NCBI GenBank assembly: GCA_963665095.1
Contig: OY762069.1
Location: 5,856,001-5,920,000 of the forward strand
Length of the DNA: 64,000 nt
Source: an uncultured Desulfobacter sp.
GTDB lineage: Bacteria > Desulfobacterota > Desulfobacteria > Desulfobacterales > Desulfobacteraceae
Direction: 5' to 3'
Numbering within the stretch: position 1 is the stretch's first letter; each line of letters begins with the position of its first letter. Below the pieces are notes generated by a model. That model was not told the DNA's origin. It searched no databases and saw only the letters and a program-made list of their open reading frames with translations. Below are positions 48,955-59,889 of this stretch, piece by piece. The translations under genes were made by a program, and so were the position numbers.

Positions 48955-50668
48955 CACCTTGAAAAAAATAACCAACGGCAACATCAGTTATCTTAATGCC
49001 CCTGTGGCTGCCGCTGTTCTGGAGGCCCTTTTCGTGGCCGCACCCTATGCCCTTCTTGCCCTGATTCTGCCTGACATCCTGGCCGGCCGCATGGCCACGG
49101 CAACCTTTGGGTACTGGTATATGGCACTTTTGTTTTGTTTTGCCATGCGCGCTTTTTTTTCCCTTAAAAGCTACGGCGGCGGCATGTGTGCCGGATACAG
49201 GATGGGCGCGGCCATCCGCCTGAGCCTAGGCGAGCATTTGCCTAAACTGTCCATGGGATTTTTTTCCAAACGGGATATCGGCGAGCTGGTCAACCGGCTT
49301 TTTCTCAACACAGAGATGGTTGAACAGATGGTCGGCCACTTTCTGACCCAGTCCATCACCAATATCTGCACATCTTTGTTTGTCATGATTGCGTTGTTCC
49401 TGATCAATCCGAAGATGGCGGCTGTCATGGTGGCGGCCTTAGGCCTGGGCCTTCCCCTGCTGGCAGGCCTGCTCAAATTTGTGGGCAGGGAGATCAAAAA
49501 AAAGGGGGAGATCACAGACAGGGCCAACTCCCGGATTCTTGAATACCTGCACGGTATCATGGTGTTTAAGGCGTTCAACGTTACGGGCATGGGGTTTGAA
49601 CGGCTTAAAGAAGCACTGGATGACCTGCGCAGATTTACCATTCAGCTGGAGATCAAGGGATTTACCGTTGCCCTGACCTATGTTGCCATCCTGGAGCTTG
49701 GCTTTGTGGTGCTGGTTTTTGCAGGAATTTACTTTGTGAAGCAAAACAACCTGGGAATACCTGAGATGATTGTTTTTCTTGTGGTCAGCCTCCGGTTTTA
49801 CAGGCCTTTGCACAGATTCTCGGAAAATGCAGCCCTGACCCGGGCCACCTTTACCGGAGCCCGGGCCATTGAAGAGATCTTTGACCATAAACCCATTGAA
49901 GGAAACGACACCGGTCCTGTATCTGACTTTACCATCTGCTTTGATTCGGTGGGATTTGGATACAAATCATCCGAGGTGGTCAGCAACGTAAGCTTTACGG
50001 CAAAACAAAGAAGCATGACCGCCCTTGTGGGGCCGTCCGGCTCAGGCAAAAGCACCCTGATAAAGCTTGCAGCAAGATTCTGGGATGTGGACCGGGGCAA
50101 AATCACAGTGGGCGGGAAAGATATCCGTACCATGGCGCCCGAGGCGCTGCTTTCCAACATCAGCATGGTGTTCCAGGATGTTTACCTGTTCAACGATACC
50201 ATTGAAAACAACATTTGCATGGGAAAAGAAAACGCCGGCCGAAACGAGGTGATGGCCGCAGCACGCAAGGCCCAATGCCATGACCTGATCATGGGCCTGC
50301 CCCAGGGGTACGATACAATAATCGGGGAAGGCGGGGGCACATTGTCAGGCGGTGAAAAACAGAGGATCGCCATTGCCAGGGCCATGCTCAAGGATGCACC
50401 CATTGTCCTGCTGGACGAGGCCACAGCCTCCCTGGACCCGGAAAACGACCGGCTGGTCCAGACGGCCATTGACAGCCTGATCAGCTCCAAAACATTGCTG
50501 GTCATTGCCCACAGGCTCCATACGGTCACGGCAGCAGACCAGATCGTGGTACTGGATCAGGGAAAGATAATACAGCAAGGACAACACAAAGAACTGCTGG
50601 CAAAAAACGGTCTTTATGCCCGTTTGTGGAATGAACAACAACATCCCATGGGATTTGGAAAAAAATAA
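48944..50668 (+). CDS. ABC half-transporter (YbtQ/IrtB-like)
   Basis: GPSGSGKST, LSGGEKQR, LLDEATASLD; overlaps its partner. Confidence 0.92.
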   Translation: MFISTLKKITNGNISYLNAPVAAAVLEALFVAAPYALLALILPDILAGRMATATFGYWYMALLFCFAMRAFFSLKSYGGGMCAGYRMGAAIRLSLGEHLPKLSMGFFSKRDIGELVNRLFLNTEMVEQMVGHFLTQSITNICTSLFVMIALFLINPKMAAVMVAALGLGLPLLAGLLKFVGREIKKKGEITDRANSRILEYLHGIMVFKAFNVTGMGFERLKEALDDLRRFTIQLEIKGFTVALTYVAILELGFVVLVFAGIYFVKQNNLGIPEMIVFLVVSLRFYRPLHRFSENAALTRATFTGARAIEEIFDHKPIEGNDTGPVSDFTICFDSVGFGYKSSEVVSNVSFTAKQRSMTALVGPSGSGKSTLIKLAARFWDVDRGKITVGGKDIRTMAPEALLSNISMVFQDVYLFNDTIENNICMGKENAGRNEVMAAARKAQCHDLIMGLPQGYDTIIGEGGGTLSGGEKQRIAIARAMLKDAPIVLLDEATASLDPENDRLVQTAIDSLISSKTLLVIAHRLHTVTAADQIVVLDQGKIIQQGQHKELLAKNGLYARLWNEQQHPMGFGKK

Positions 50669-51897
50669 TGAAAAACTTTTTTAACAGGCAATACACCATC
50701 CTGGCCCTGCTGTTCATGGTCAGGATGATTCCAACGGTATTTTTTATGATGGCCTTGCCCGTCGTCCTCCGTCTTGAGGGATTTTCCCTGGATGTCATAG
50801 CGCTTTTACAGCTTGCCGGGGTGCCCTATCTTTTAAAATTTGTCTGGGCGCCCCTGCTGGACCGCAACAGCGGTGCCAGGAACCATTACAAACAATGGGT
50901 CTGGTGGTCATGCCTTGGCTGCGGACTGCTGCTGCTGGTATTGGGCACCCTGGATTTAAGGTCCCATTTCCGGTTAGCCGCCACCCTGATCATGGTCATT
51001 TCGGTTATCACCTCCACCCTGGATATTGCCATTAACGCCCTTTACATCAAACTTCTTCCCTTTGAAAAAAGGGGGACTGGATCAAGCACCAAGATGCTGG
51101 GGCTGAACCTGGGCAGTATCCTGGGAAGTGGTTTTTTTCTCCTGGTTTACAACCATTTTGGCTGGCAGGCCTGCATATGGGGCATCGGGGCTGTCATATT
51201 ATGCTGTCTTGGTTTAACACCCCGGCTTGAAGAGGCAGAACAGGCGTTGTTCAAAGAAACCAACACCGTTAGATGGCCGGCCATTTTCTCCTTTTTCAAG
51301 ACAAAGGGCATGGGGCGCTGGACCGCGCTGATCGTTTTAAACTCCCTGGGCCCGGCTGCGGCATTCTTCATGATGAAGCCCTTTCTGGTGGACCGGGGCG
51401 TGGATACGGACGTCATTGCCTTTCTGGTGGGATTCTACGGCATGAGCGTGGCGGCTCTGGCAGCCATGGCCACAGGCAGCCGCCGTTTCCAGAAATACCT
51501 GTTGCAGCGCAGGCGGGCCTATATCAACAGTATTTTTCTCAACGCCGTGGCCGTGGGCCTGTTCGTCCCCATCGTCCGGTCCACTGAGTCAACGGTTTTG
51601 CTTTACCTTGCCGTGGCCCTGCTCAACGCCGCCATTACCCAGGCTTCGGTTGTCAGCGCAACCCTGGTCATGGATTTTTCCCGCAAGGATCTGGCAAGCG
51701 TTGACTATGCCTTGCAAATGACCGGCATTCACATCGGAGGCCTGGCCATGGCCTCTTTGAGCGGCATGGTCGTGGCGGCCATGGGATACTTTCATTTTTT
51801 CCTTGGCCTGGCCCTTTTTTCCCTACTGATGATTTTGGTCAGCATAGGTCTGTTCCGGGGCGACTGGATTTTCTCAGGCGTGCATGATCACTCCTGA
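50668..51897 (+). CDS. MFS transporter (AmpG/RhtX/FptX/YbtX-like)
   Basis: PYLLKFVWAPLLDR motif, ~12 TM helices. Confidence 0.88.
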   Translation: MKNFFNRQYTILALLFMVRMIPTVFFMMALPVVLRLEGFSLDVIALLQLAGVPYLLKFVWAPLLDRNSGARNHYKQWVWWSCLGCGLLLLVLGTLDLRSHFRLAATLIMVISVITSTLDIAINALYIKLLPFEKRGTGSSTKMLGLNLGSILGSGFFLLVYNHFGWQACIWGIGAVILCCLGLTPRLEEAEQALFKETNTVRWPAIFSFFKTKGMGRWTALIVLNSLGPAAAFFMMKPFLVDRGVDTDVIAFLVGFYGMSVAALAAMATGSRRFQKYLLQRRRAYINSIFLNAVAVGLFVPIVRSTESTVLLYLAVALLNAAITQASVVSATLVMDFSRKDLASVDYALQMTGIHIGGLAMASLSGMVVAAMGYFHFFLGLALFSLLMILVSIGLFRGDWIFSGVHDHS

Positions 51898-51988
51898 ATT
51901 CAATGAAATATCCGGATTTTAAAAAATCATGGTCAGTCGGATTGGCTTCAGCGCATAAAATTTCACTCTGATCCCAAAATCCCTGCCA

Positions 51989-53761
51989 TCACACTTTGAT
52001 ACACCAATCTTTGCTTCGCTGCTGTGCTTGCCAAAGGTTATTGTATCTACCCTGTTGTGCCAGCAAAGATGCGTGCGTCCCCTGTTCAACCAGAGCTGCG
52101 TTGTCAATCACAAGAATTTGATCTGCGCCTGTAATTGTTGACAGGCGATGTGCGAGAACAATCACGGTTTTGTCTTTGACAAGGGTGTCAATTGCCTTTT
52201 GAACGGCGAGTTCACTCTGGGTGTCCAGAGCTGCCGTGGGCTCATCTAAAATGACAATGGGGGCGTCTTTGAGTATGGCGCGGGCAATGCTGATGCGCTG
52301 GCGTTCACCGCCTGAAAGGCTTGCTCCGATATCACCCGCAATGGTATGGTACCCTTCGGGTAAACGCTGAATAAACCCATGACAACAGGCGGCTTTTGCA
52401 GCCTCTATAACTTGCTCATCTGTTGCATCAGCCTTTGCCATACGGATATTTTCAATAATGGTTTCATCAAAGAGATAAACATCCTGGAAAACAACCGCAA
52501 AATAGCTTTCAAGCTCTTCCTGACGTATTTGGCGGATATCGGTTCCGCCGATCATGATCGAACCTGTCTGGGGATCTGCATAACGCATCATGAGCCTGGT
52601 AATCGTGGTCTTGCCTGATCCTGATGGCCCCACGACGGCAGTCATGGCCTGTCCGGGTATTTTGATGGTACATTTTTTCAGGGCCTTCGCCTTTTGTCCC
52701 TGGTAGGTGAATTCCACATTGTTGAAAACAATTTCAAAGCTTTTGGCCTTGCTTTGAGGCGTGATCACCTCAAGCGGTGGTGTTTGCATGACGGTTTTGA
52801 CCCGATCAAAACCGGCGTGCATGATATCCAGTGAAGAAGCAACAGCCAGAAACAGCGACAGTGGTTCCATCAACCGTGACACAATGACAAGCAGCGCGGA
52901 TAAGGCAGCGATACTCATTGTCCCGTTTCCGATCCAGATGCTCCCCGATATGGCGATCATGATAAGTGCAAACAGGATCAGCATGTTACCCATGACCAGA
53001 TCGACAATAGTACCCCACACCGAAGCCCGCTGGAGATCTTTAACATGAACAATCCCTGCATGAAGGCGAGTCGCGTTTTTTCCGGTTTGATTCGTGGCGC
53101 GTAAAACGGGAAGCCCCTGGATGTATTCTATGATGTCCGACTCCAGTGTACTGTTGGCTTGTACATTTTGTGTTTTTTCATGAACGCTGCTCTTTCGTTT
53201 TTTGTGGTACAAAGGGATGCCAAGGGGCATGATGATCATCAAAAGCACCGCCATCCGCCAGTCGATGAAAAACATACCGGTAACAACGACAACAGGTGTG
53301 ACAACGATTTCAATAAACATTCCCGAAATCATCCCCAGCATCATAACGCTTTCGTCGACATTACTGGATAAACTGGCGTTAAGGTCTCCGGTCTTGTAAC
53401 TACCCAGAACCTCAAGGGGCATGGTTCGAAGTTTTTTCCCCAGGTTTGCACGCATATTGTGTGTAACGTTTGCCGTGGTCTCTCCATAATCAAAATCATG
53501 GGCAAACCACCGCGCAACAGCGTTAATCAGAACAAATACTGCCATTAAACCAAACCATCCCCAGGCATGCCCTGCATCGAAAACAGGGCAAAAAAGTGCT
53601 GACATGACACCATAGATGCTTAAGTAGGACAAACCCTGCATCGTATACGCCAGGACATAAAAAAGCAGACTGCGATTTAAATCTTTTGCATGGTTACCGG
53701 CAATTATTTTGCCGGTTTCGTAAGTTTCCTTAAACGTGGCATAGGTGGTTGCACCGGACAT
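51989..53761 (-). CDS. ABC half-transporter (YbtQ-like)
   Basis: GPSGSGKTT, LSGGERQR, ILDEPTAALD. Confidence 0.92.
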   Translation of the reverse strand: MSGATTYATFKETYETGKIIAGNHAKDLNRSLLFYVLAYTMQGLSYLSIYGVMSALFCPVFDAGHAWGWFGLMAVFVLINAVARWFAHDFDYGETTANVTHNMRANLGKKLRTMPLEVLGSYKTGDLNASLSSNVDESVMMLGMISGMFIEIVVTPVVVVTGMFFIDWRMAVLLMIIMPLGIPLYHKKRKSSVHEKTQNVQANSTLESDIIEYIQGLPVLRATNQTGKNATRLHAGIVHVKDLQRASVWGTIVDLVMGNMLILFALIMIAISGSIWIGNGTMSIAALSALLVIVSRLMEPLSLFLAVASSLDIMHAGFDRVKTVMQTPPLEVITPQSKAKSFEIVFNNVEFTYQGQKAKALKKCTIKIPGQAMTAVVGPSGSGKTTITRLMMRYADPQTGSIMIGGTDIRQIRQEELESYFAVVFQDVYLFDETIIENIRMAKADATDEQVIEAAKAACCHGFIQRLPEGYHTIAGDIGASLSGGERQRISIARAILKDAPIVILDEPTAALDTQSELAVQKAIDTLVKDKTVIVLAHRLSTITGADQILVIDNAALVEQGTHASLLAQQGRYNNLWQAQQRSKDWCIKV

Positions 53762-55550
53762 TTTTTACTCCTTTTGCGTGAAGCCCCCAACGTTGTGCTG
53801 CTTCATAATTTGCCCACAAACGGGCATACAGTCCATTGTTCAATACAAGCGCCTCATGGTTGCCCCTTTCAACAATACAGCCCTTATCAAAAACCAGTAT
53901 CTGGTCGACATGGGTGATGGCTGACAGGCGGTGTGCAATAGTGATAACGGTCTTGTTTTTGGTCAGACAGGCAATTGCCTTGATAATTTTTTCTTCGCTT
54001 TCAGGATCTGCAAACGCGGTGGCCTCATCCAGAACAACAACCGGGGCATCCCGCAGGATGGCCCGTGCAATGGTGATCCGCTGCCGCTGGCCGCCGGACA
54101 GGCGCGTTCCCCTGTCGTAGGCCAGGGTGTCATACCCTTTGGGAAGGCTTGTGATAAAGTCGTGGATCTGTGCCGCTTTGGCAGCCTGAACCACCATTTC
54201 ATCCGTGGCGTCGGATTTTGCCATTCTGATATTGTTTGCCAGGGTGTCATGAAAAAGATATGTGTCCTGGAATACAAAGGCGACGGTATTCATCAGATCT
54301 GTATTGCTCATTTGACGGATGTCGATGCCGCCGATGGTAATCGCACCGCCCGTCACATCCCAAAAACGCGGTAAAAGTTTTGCCACCGTACTTTTCCCTG
54401 CGCCGCTGGGGCCCACCAGTGCCGTTGTGGTTCCGGGTTCAACAGCAAAACTTACATCAGCCAGTGCATTCTCATCGCGATTTTCATACCTGAAGGTCAC
54501 CTGGTCAAAACGGACCGTCATCTCCCGGGGAATGAGACCGTGCTCGACAGCCGGCATGGCCGGTATCGCCAGCAGTTCTTCTATGCGATTGGCTGCGGCT
54601 TTGGATTTGCGCAGAAAATTGTTCAGCCACATCAACTGCATAAACGCATCCACCATTCCTGTTGCCAGAAAAAGGGCGGCAATCAGTGCGGGCGGTGATA
54701 ATGTCCCCTGGTTGATGAAAAAAATGCCTCCGGCCAGAACAGCCAGTATGGTCGGCAACGGGGCCAGTATTACAAGGGCTATTCGTGAGGGGGTGCCGTT
54801 GTTTTTCATCCACTGGATGTAAACCTGCCTGTATTGGTCCAGGGCGTTAAGATACCGTTTGAAAGAACTTGTTCCGCCATCAAAGGTGCGCACCACCGGC
54901 ATGGCCTGGATGAATTCAATCACGGACGCATTGATCCGGTCCTGGCTTTTTTCAAACTTTTCCTGCATGGTTTTGCTGTCACGCATGGCGATACGCATAG
55001 CAACCATGCCAATGAGCATCACACCCAGTGCAATACAGGCCAGGCGCAGGTCAATGACAAACAAAAGCGTAAGCGTCACAAGCGGGGCCACATACCCGCG
55101 CCCGAAGGTCGGGGTGCTGTCCGCAACAAAGGTGTGCAGATACCTGACATCTTCGAGCATCACCTTTTTAAGCGCGCCTGTTCCGGTGGTGATAATGAAC
55201 CCCAGCGGCAGTTGTGCCAGATGATTTGAAAGGCGTGTACGAAGGTCTTCTTCCAGATAAAAAGCACCTATATGCGAAATCCCGAAGCCGGTCATGGTAA
55301 AGCAGAACGCCATAACTCCAAAAACACCCACGCCGGCCAGCGCCCAGGTTGTCGTCCATGATATACCGCAAAAAAGCAGTCCCTGTTTGCCTTCAAGCAG
55401 TACTGCCACAAGAATTGAAAGCATTAAAAGGGTTGCGATGGTGGCCATTGATCCGAGCGCGGCAAGCCCCATCGCGCTGTATATGTATCTGTTAACCGGT
55501 TTTATGATTCGCCATAAAGCCGCGTACCCTTCAAATTTCGGGTCAGACAT
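53730..55550 (-). CDS. ABC half-transporter (YbtP-like)
   Basis: GPSGAGKST, LSGGQRQR, LDEATAFADPE. Confidence 0.92.
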   Translation of the reverse strand: MSDPKFEGYAALWRIIKPVNRYIYSAMGLAALGSMATIATLLMLSILVAVLLEGKQGLLFCGISWTTTWALAGVGVFGVMAFCFTMTGFGISHIGAFYLEEDLRTRLSNHLAQLPLGFIITTGTGALKKVMLEDVRYLHTFVADSTPTFGRGYVAPLVTLTLLFVIDLRLACIALGVMLIGMVAMRIAMRDSKTMQEKFEKSQDRINASVIEFIQAMPVVRTFDGGTSSFKRYLNALDQYRQVYIQWMKNNGTPSRIALVILAPLPTILAVLAGGIFFINQGTLSPPALIAALFLATGMVDAFMQLMWLNNFLRKSKAAANRIEELLAIPAMPAVEHGLIPREMTVRFDQVTFRYENRDENALADVSFAVEPGTTTALVGPSGAGKSTVAKLLPRFWDVTGGAITIGGIDIRQMSNTDLMNTVAFVFQDTYLFHDTLANNIRMAKSDATDEMVVQAAKAAQIHDFITSLPKGYDTLAYDRGTRLSGGQRQRITIARAILRDAPVVVLDEATAFADPESEEKIIKAIACLTKNKTVITIAHRLSAITHVDQILVFDKGCIVERGNHEALVLNNGLYARLWANYEAAQRWGLHAKGVKNVRCNHLCHV

Positions 55551-55565
55551 GATTTCCTCCTTTTG

Positions 55566-56384
55566 TTACTGAGCCATTCTCACATGAACCATTGAACATA
55601 CGCCGAGGATATCAGGGATAGATAAAATTAATTTTGCCTTAAAAGGAATTTTCTTTTTTACGCCCTTATGCATGGGCACTGCACTGATGACTTTTATTCT
55701 TCTGTCCCACTTTTCCATGGATTGCACGGGTTTCAATCCCCAGCCCACGGTAGCAACGCCGCCCATGCCGCCGGATTTTAATACCTTTTTCTTCGCAATT
55801 TTAAGTCCCATGGGAGACAGGGTATCAAAGTAAAAATCGCACGCGCCAAAATAATCTGCCACGGCAATGAAGAAATTTTTGATCTGTTCTTCCTTAAAAT
55901 AGTAAAACACGCCGCCGGCCAATAACAACAGGCCGTCTTTCACACGTATCTGCTCAAACCATTTTGTATCCAGAAATGACAAAGCAATGCTTTTGTGCCT
56001 TTCGTTGTCTTGGAAAAAATGCGTTCTAAGTTCAATAACCTCCGGCAGATCAAGTTCATAAAAGGTGATGCGGCCGTTATCAATACGGCTGAAGGTGGTG
56101 TCCATGCCGCAGCCGATATTGACAATTGAGGCATCCGGGTGGTTTTTAATAAAATCCCGGGCCACCTTGTCGGTATGCAGGCTGCGTGCAACCCACCCAT
56201 GCTGGGACATGGCTTGTGTTTCAGCGATTACCGAAAAGTCATAATCAAGTTTTTCGATAATTTCCACAGCCTTGTTATCAATCAACCGCGGACTGTTTTT
56301 TTGGGTTTCAAAAGCCCTGCCCCATAAGGGAAGCAAAAGTGTTTCCTGAACATCGCCTTGTTTTACAGATATTTCCCCGCTCAT
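55566..56384 (-). CDS. Class I SAM-dependent methyltransferase (LCM/TcmP-like)
   Basis: VQETLLLPLWGRA, IVNIGCGMDT, ELDLPEVI. Confidence 0.88.
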   Translation of the reverse strand: MSGEISVKQGDVQETLLLPLWGRAFETQKNSPRLIDNKAVEIIEKLDYDFSVIAETQAMSQHGWVARSLHTDKVARDFIKNHPDASIVNIGCGMDTTFSRIDNGRITFYELDLPEVIELRTHFFQDNERHKSIALSFLDTKWFEQIRVKDGLLLLAGGVFYYFKEEQIKNFFIAVADYFGACDFYFDTLSPMGLKIAKKKVLKSGGMGGVATVGWGLKPVQSMEKWDRRIKVISAVPMHKGVKKKIPFKAKLILSIPDILGVCSMVHVRMAQ

Positions 56385-56431
56385 ATGTTTTCATCCTGTT
56401 TTCTGATACGTTATTAGTATGGCAACAGCCC

Positions 56432-58591
56432 TTAAAACCTGCATGTTAATGTAACACCAAATGTCTGCGGGTCCCCGGCGCGGGCAAACCACCCCATGGT
56501 ATCAGAGCCAAAAGCGCCGGTTGCATATTCTTCATCAAAAAGGTTCTTGGCCCATAAATAGAGGCTGATATCAACTTCCTTGAATGCTTTTTCATACCCC
56601 ACCCTGGCATTGACCAGGTTGCAGGCGCCTTCTTTCCTCTGGTTTTCCAGGTCATGATAGAAATCCCCCACATGCTGAAGTTCCAATCTGCAAAACAGGG
56701 AAGAGGAGCCGGGCAGGGCGTAGCGATATTGTGCAGCCAGATTCCAATTGAATTCAGGGGCCATCTCCAGTTTATTGCCCTCATAATCTTCTCCGGATTC
56801 CCATTTGCCGTATTCCGCATCGATGTAACCAAAGCCGCCGACAAGTTCGAGACCTGGAAGCGGTCTGACCAGAGCCTCGATTTCAACTCCCTTGCTGGTT
56901 GCCTCGGTGGCATTCTTGAAAAGCGCACTGGTTGCGCCGGTATGAATGAAAACCTGCTTGTCTTCCCAATCAATATAAAAGACAGACATGTTCAGAATAA
57001 CCCGGTTGTCCAGCCAGGCGGTTTTAAGGCCGGCTTCATAGTTCCAGGAAAATTCAGCATCATAGGATACCCCTAAAACAGAGGAATCCAGATCATTAAA
57101 AGAACCGGCAGTGTATCCTTTGGCAACGCTTGCATAGCTCATAACATCCCGGGTGAAGCGATAATCAACGGCGAATTTGGGAAGCCACACCTCAAGTGTC
57201 TTTTCTTTTTCTACTTCAATGGTTCCGGTCCCCATGACATCCGGTGAATTATAGGTGGTTCCCTTAAATTCTTTTTTATCTTTTTCATAACGCAACCCAG
57301 CGGTCAGACCCAGTTTCTCCCATAAAGTATAGGTTGCCTGGCCGAAAAAAGCGTAATTTGTCGTATCGAGTTCGGTCAGCGTAGCAGATTTATATGCAGG
57401 TATTCCGTATGACGGATATCCCTGCCGGTAATCGTAAATCAGATCAACATCAAAATCTTCGTCAAGAAAATAGGCCCCGGCCAGCCACTTGAATACTTTG
57501 GCGCCCTTGGGAGATGCAAAGCGGATTTCCTGGCTCCACTGGTCATGATCCTGCCCATAGTCCGCTCTGTAATTATCTGCCGGCGTGGCGTCCATATCAT
57601 AGGTATTGCTATAGTCCCCATCCCTGTGGGCTGTAATGGAGGTGAAATTGAACACCTTTCCTTCATAATTTACGCTCAACGACTGACCGTTCAAATCGTT
57701 TTCAAGGCTTCCCGGATAGTCCAGGCTTATCTCATGTGTCATTTCACCAATGGGAGCAAAGGCAAAAAAACCGTCCTCACACCGTTCGGCATTGGCGTTC
57801 AGGATAATGTCCCAGGCCGGGGTCGGGGTCCATCTGAGTGTGGCGCGTCCGGACAGATCATCCCGTTGTTCAACGTCATCGGTGCCAAGGTAGGTATTTT
57901 CAAAATATCCGTCTGAAGAATATTGTTTGGCGCTTATGCCGAAAAAAAGTTTATCTTCCACCAGGGGGCCCCTTGCAGCGGCTGAAAACTCCCGGGTATT
58001 ATAATTGCCATAGGTAACCGATGCCTTGCCTTCCCATATATCTCCCGGTTTTTTTGTGATGATTCTTATGACCCCGGCCTCGGTATTCCGGCCGAACAAT
58101 GTTCCCTGGGGCCCTTTGAGCACCTCAATGCGCTCGATATCGGAAAGATCCGTATCATAGGCCATATGCCGGGAATAGGCGACATCATCCACATACAAGC
58201 CCACCGTCGGATTGGGATTCATCCGGTTGTACATGCCGCGTATCACAGGTGACAGTTCCGCATTATTTCCAGCACCACCGATATAAAGGTTGGGCGTGTA
58301 AAACCCTAAATCCTCCATGTCCCGGATTCCTGCGTCCTCAATCTGAATTTCGGACAAGGCCGTGATGCTCGCCGGCACTTCCTGGATATTTTCTTCCCGC
58401 TTCTGCGAGGTAACGATTATGGTCTTAAGTTCATATTTTTCATGGGGGTTTTCCTTTTGCAGGATCTCATGTTTTGATTTTTCTTCATCCGCCACGGCAA
58501 ATGACACCGGACAGAAGTTCAGCATGAGTACAACTGCAACCAGCATATTCATCACACCCGCCTGAACAAAGCTTTTCTGCCTTTTTTTCAC
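56432..58591 (-). CDS. TonB-dependent receptor (FyuA/pesticin-receptor-like)
   Basis: IIVTSQKREENIQEVP, IEVLKGPQGTLFGRN, C-terminal F. Confidence 0.93.
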   Translation of the reverse strand: MKKRQKSFVQAGVMNMLVAVVLMLNFCPVSFAVADEEKSKHEILQKENPHEKYELKTIIVTSQKREENIQEVPASITALSEIQIEDAGIRDMEDLGFYTPNLYIGGAGNNAELSPVIRGMYNRMNPNPTVGLYVDDVAYSRHMAYDTDLSDIERIEVLKGPQGTLFGRNTEAGVIRIITKKPGDIWEGKASVTYGNYNTREFSAAARGPLVEDKLFFGISAKQYSSDGYFENTYLGTDDVEQRDDLSGRATLRWTPTPAWDIILNANAERCEDGFFAFAPIGEMTHEISLDYPGSLENDLNGQSLSVNYEGKVFNFTSITAHRDGDYSNTYDMDATPADNYRADYGQDHDQWSQEIRFASPKGAKVFKWLAGAYFLDEDFDVDLIYDYRQGYPSYGIPAYKSATLTELDTTNYAFFGQATYTLWEKLGLTAGLRYEKDKKEFKGTTYNSPDVMGTGTIEVEKEKTLEVWLPKFAVDYRFTRDVMSYASVAKGYTAGSFNDLDSSVLGVSYDAEFSWNYEAGLKTAWLDNRVILNMSVFYIDWEDKQVFIHTGATSALFKNATEATSKGVEIEALVRPLPGLELVGGFGYIDAEYGKWESGEDYEGNKLEMAPEFNWNLAAQYRYALPGSSSLFCRLELQHVGDFYHDLENQRKEGACNLVNARVGYEKAFKEVDISLYLWAKNLFDEEYATGAFGSDTMGWFARAGDPQTFGVTLTCRF

Positions 58592-58754
58592 TGTCTTTCC
58601 TCCTGTATGCGTTGTTGTATATAGGGGCCCAATGGCTATCTATATCCCGCATCCTTTTTTTTTACCTGTCATCAAAGACTTTTCAGCTGTCATGATGACA
58701 CTTTCTGCAAAAAAGGCCGGAAAGAAGGTGATTCTGATTAGATTAGAGAAATGA

Positions 58755-59795
58755 TCAAAGAAGATGATCTTTGGGGGACGTGCAAAAATGTCTTTTATAA
58801 GCCCTTGTAAAATTTTCCGGGTGTGTGTATCCCACTTCATAGGCGACTTCGGTGACACTCTTGTGTTCGTTCACCAGAAGCTGTCGGGCCCGTTCAAGGC
58901 GAAGTATGCGTAAATGCTCAAACACACTGGTTCCAAAAATTTTTCTGAACCCCTGGTTTAATTTGTTTTTATTGATACCGGCCCTGCGGGCTAACTGTGG
59001 CAGAGATGGCGGATTTTCAAGGTTTTCCCTTAAAAAAAGTTCGGTTTCACGAATTAAATCGGTATCTCGCTTATCAATTGAGACAACCGAAGCGGCTCGT
59101 TTCAAAGCAGGGCCGCTTGACGGGACCATTTTGGGGACAATCAGTTCAAGGGCTTTGGCTTCTAGATACAGACGCTTTAACGCACCCCGGTAGGGGCAGG
59201 TTATAATCTGGTTCAGAATAACATCGGTTTCAGGCGAGCTTTTGGACAGCTCACTGTAAGGTCTTTGAATACCATCTAAAACGCCAAGCAACCCGGCCGG
59301 TGCCTGACGATACTCCTCGCCCATCCAGGTCTTGAGCAACCAGGGATCAATACTGATACCTATGGCACTTACACTTACCCCAACCGGCGGCCTGCAGACA
59401 CATCGCTCACCCGGTAAATAGCCCACCAGCATATGCCCGGGCCTGTTACATATGTTCCGGTGATTCTTTCCGGATTGCAAGGTGTATGTCACGCTTCCCG
59501 ATTGAACATATCCGAAAAAAAGGGAGGCATCGGATTCGGTATATTCAAACCCAAACTCGATATATTCCTTTAACCTGTAGTTCCCAATACCAAGAAGAAG
59601 CCCCGGCCTGAGCTGTATCATGGTTACATGGCCCACGCCAATTTCAGAAGGCCATTTCCGGCAGGTTTCCGAAAAGCTGCAATGATCGCGTATATCATTA
59701 AGTCTGCAATTGTGGTCAAAAAGGGCTTGTGTTCTGATTTGTGATCTTTCTTGTTCAATATCCCTCTTAATTTCAGAACAAGTGTTGTAATTCAT
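58755..59795 (-). CDS. AraC-family regulator (PchR/YbtA-like)
   Basis: LYLEAKALEL, PPSLPQLARRAG..FGTSVF..VTEVAYEVGY. Confidence 0.92.
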   Translation of the reverse strand: MNYNTCSEIKRDIEQERSQIRTQALFDHNCRLNDIRDHCSFSETCRKWPSEIGVGHVTMIQLRPGLLLGIGNYRLKEYIEFGFEYTESDASLFFGYVQSGSVTYTLQSGKNHRNICNRPGHMLVGYLPGERCVCRPPVGVSVSAIGISIDPWLLKTWMGEEYRQAPAGLLGVLDGIQRPYSELSKSSPETDVILNQIITCPYRGALKRLYLEAKALELIVPKMVPSSGPALKRAASVVSIDKRDTDLIRETELFLRENLENPPSLPQLARRAGINKNKLNQGFRKIFGTSVFEHLRILRLERARQLLVNEHKSVTEVAYEVGYTHPENFTRAYKRHFCTSPKDHLL

Positions 59796-59889
59796 ATAAC
59801 CCCGCCAAAAGTTTAAAGAACAATCTAACCGCAATCCTTTAAAAACATATCATGAAAGTTCCTGCACTGGTTTTTTTTATGAAAGAGAT

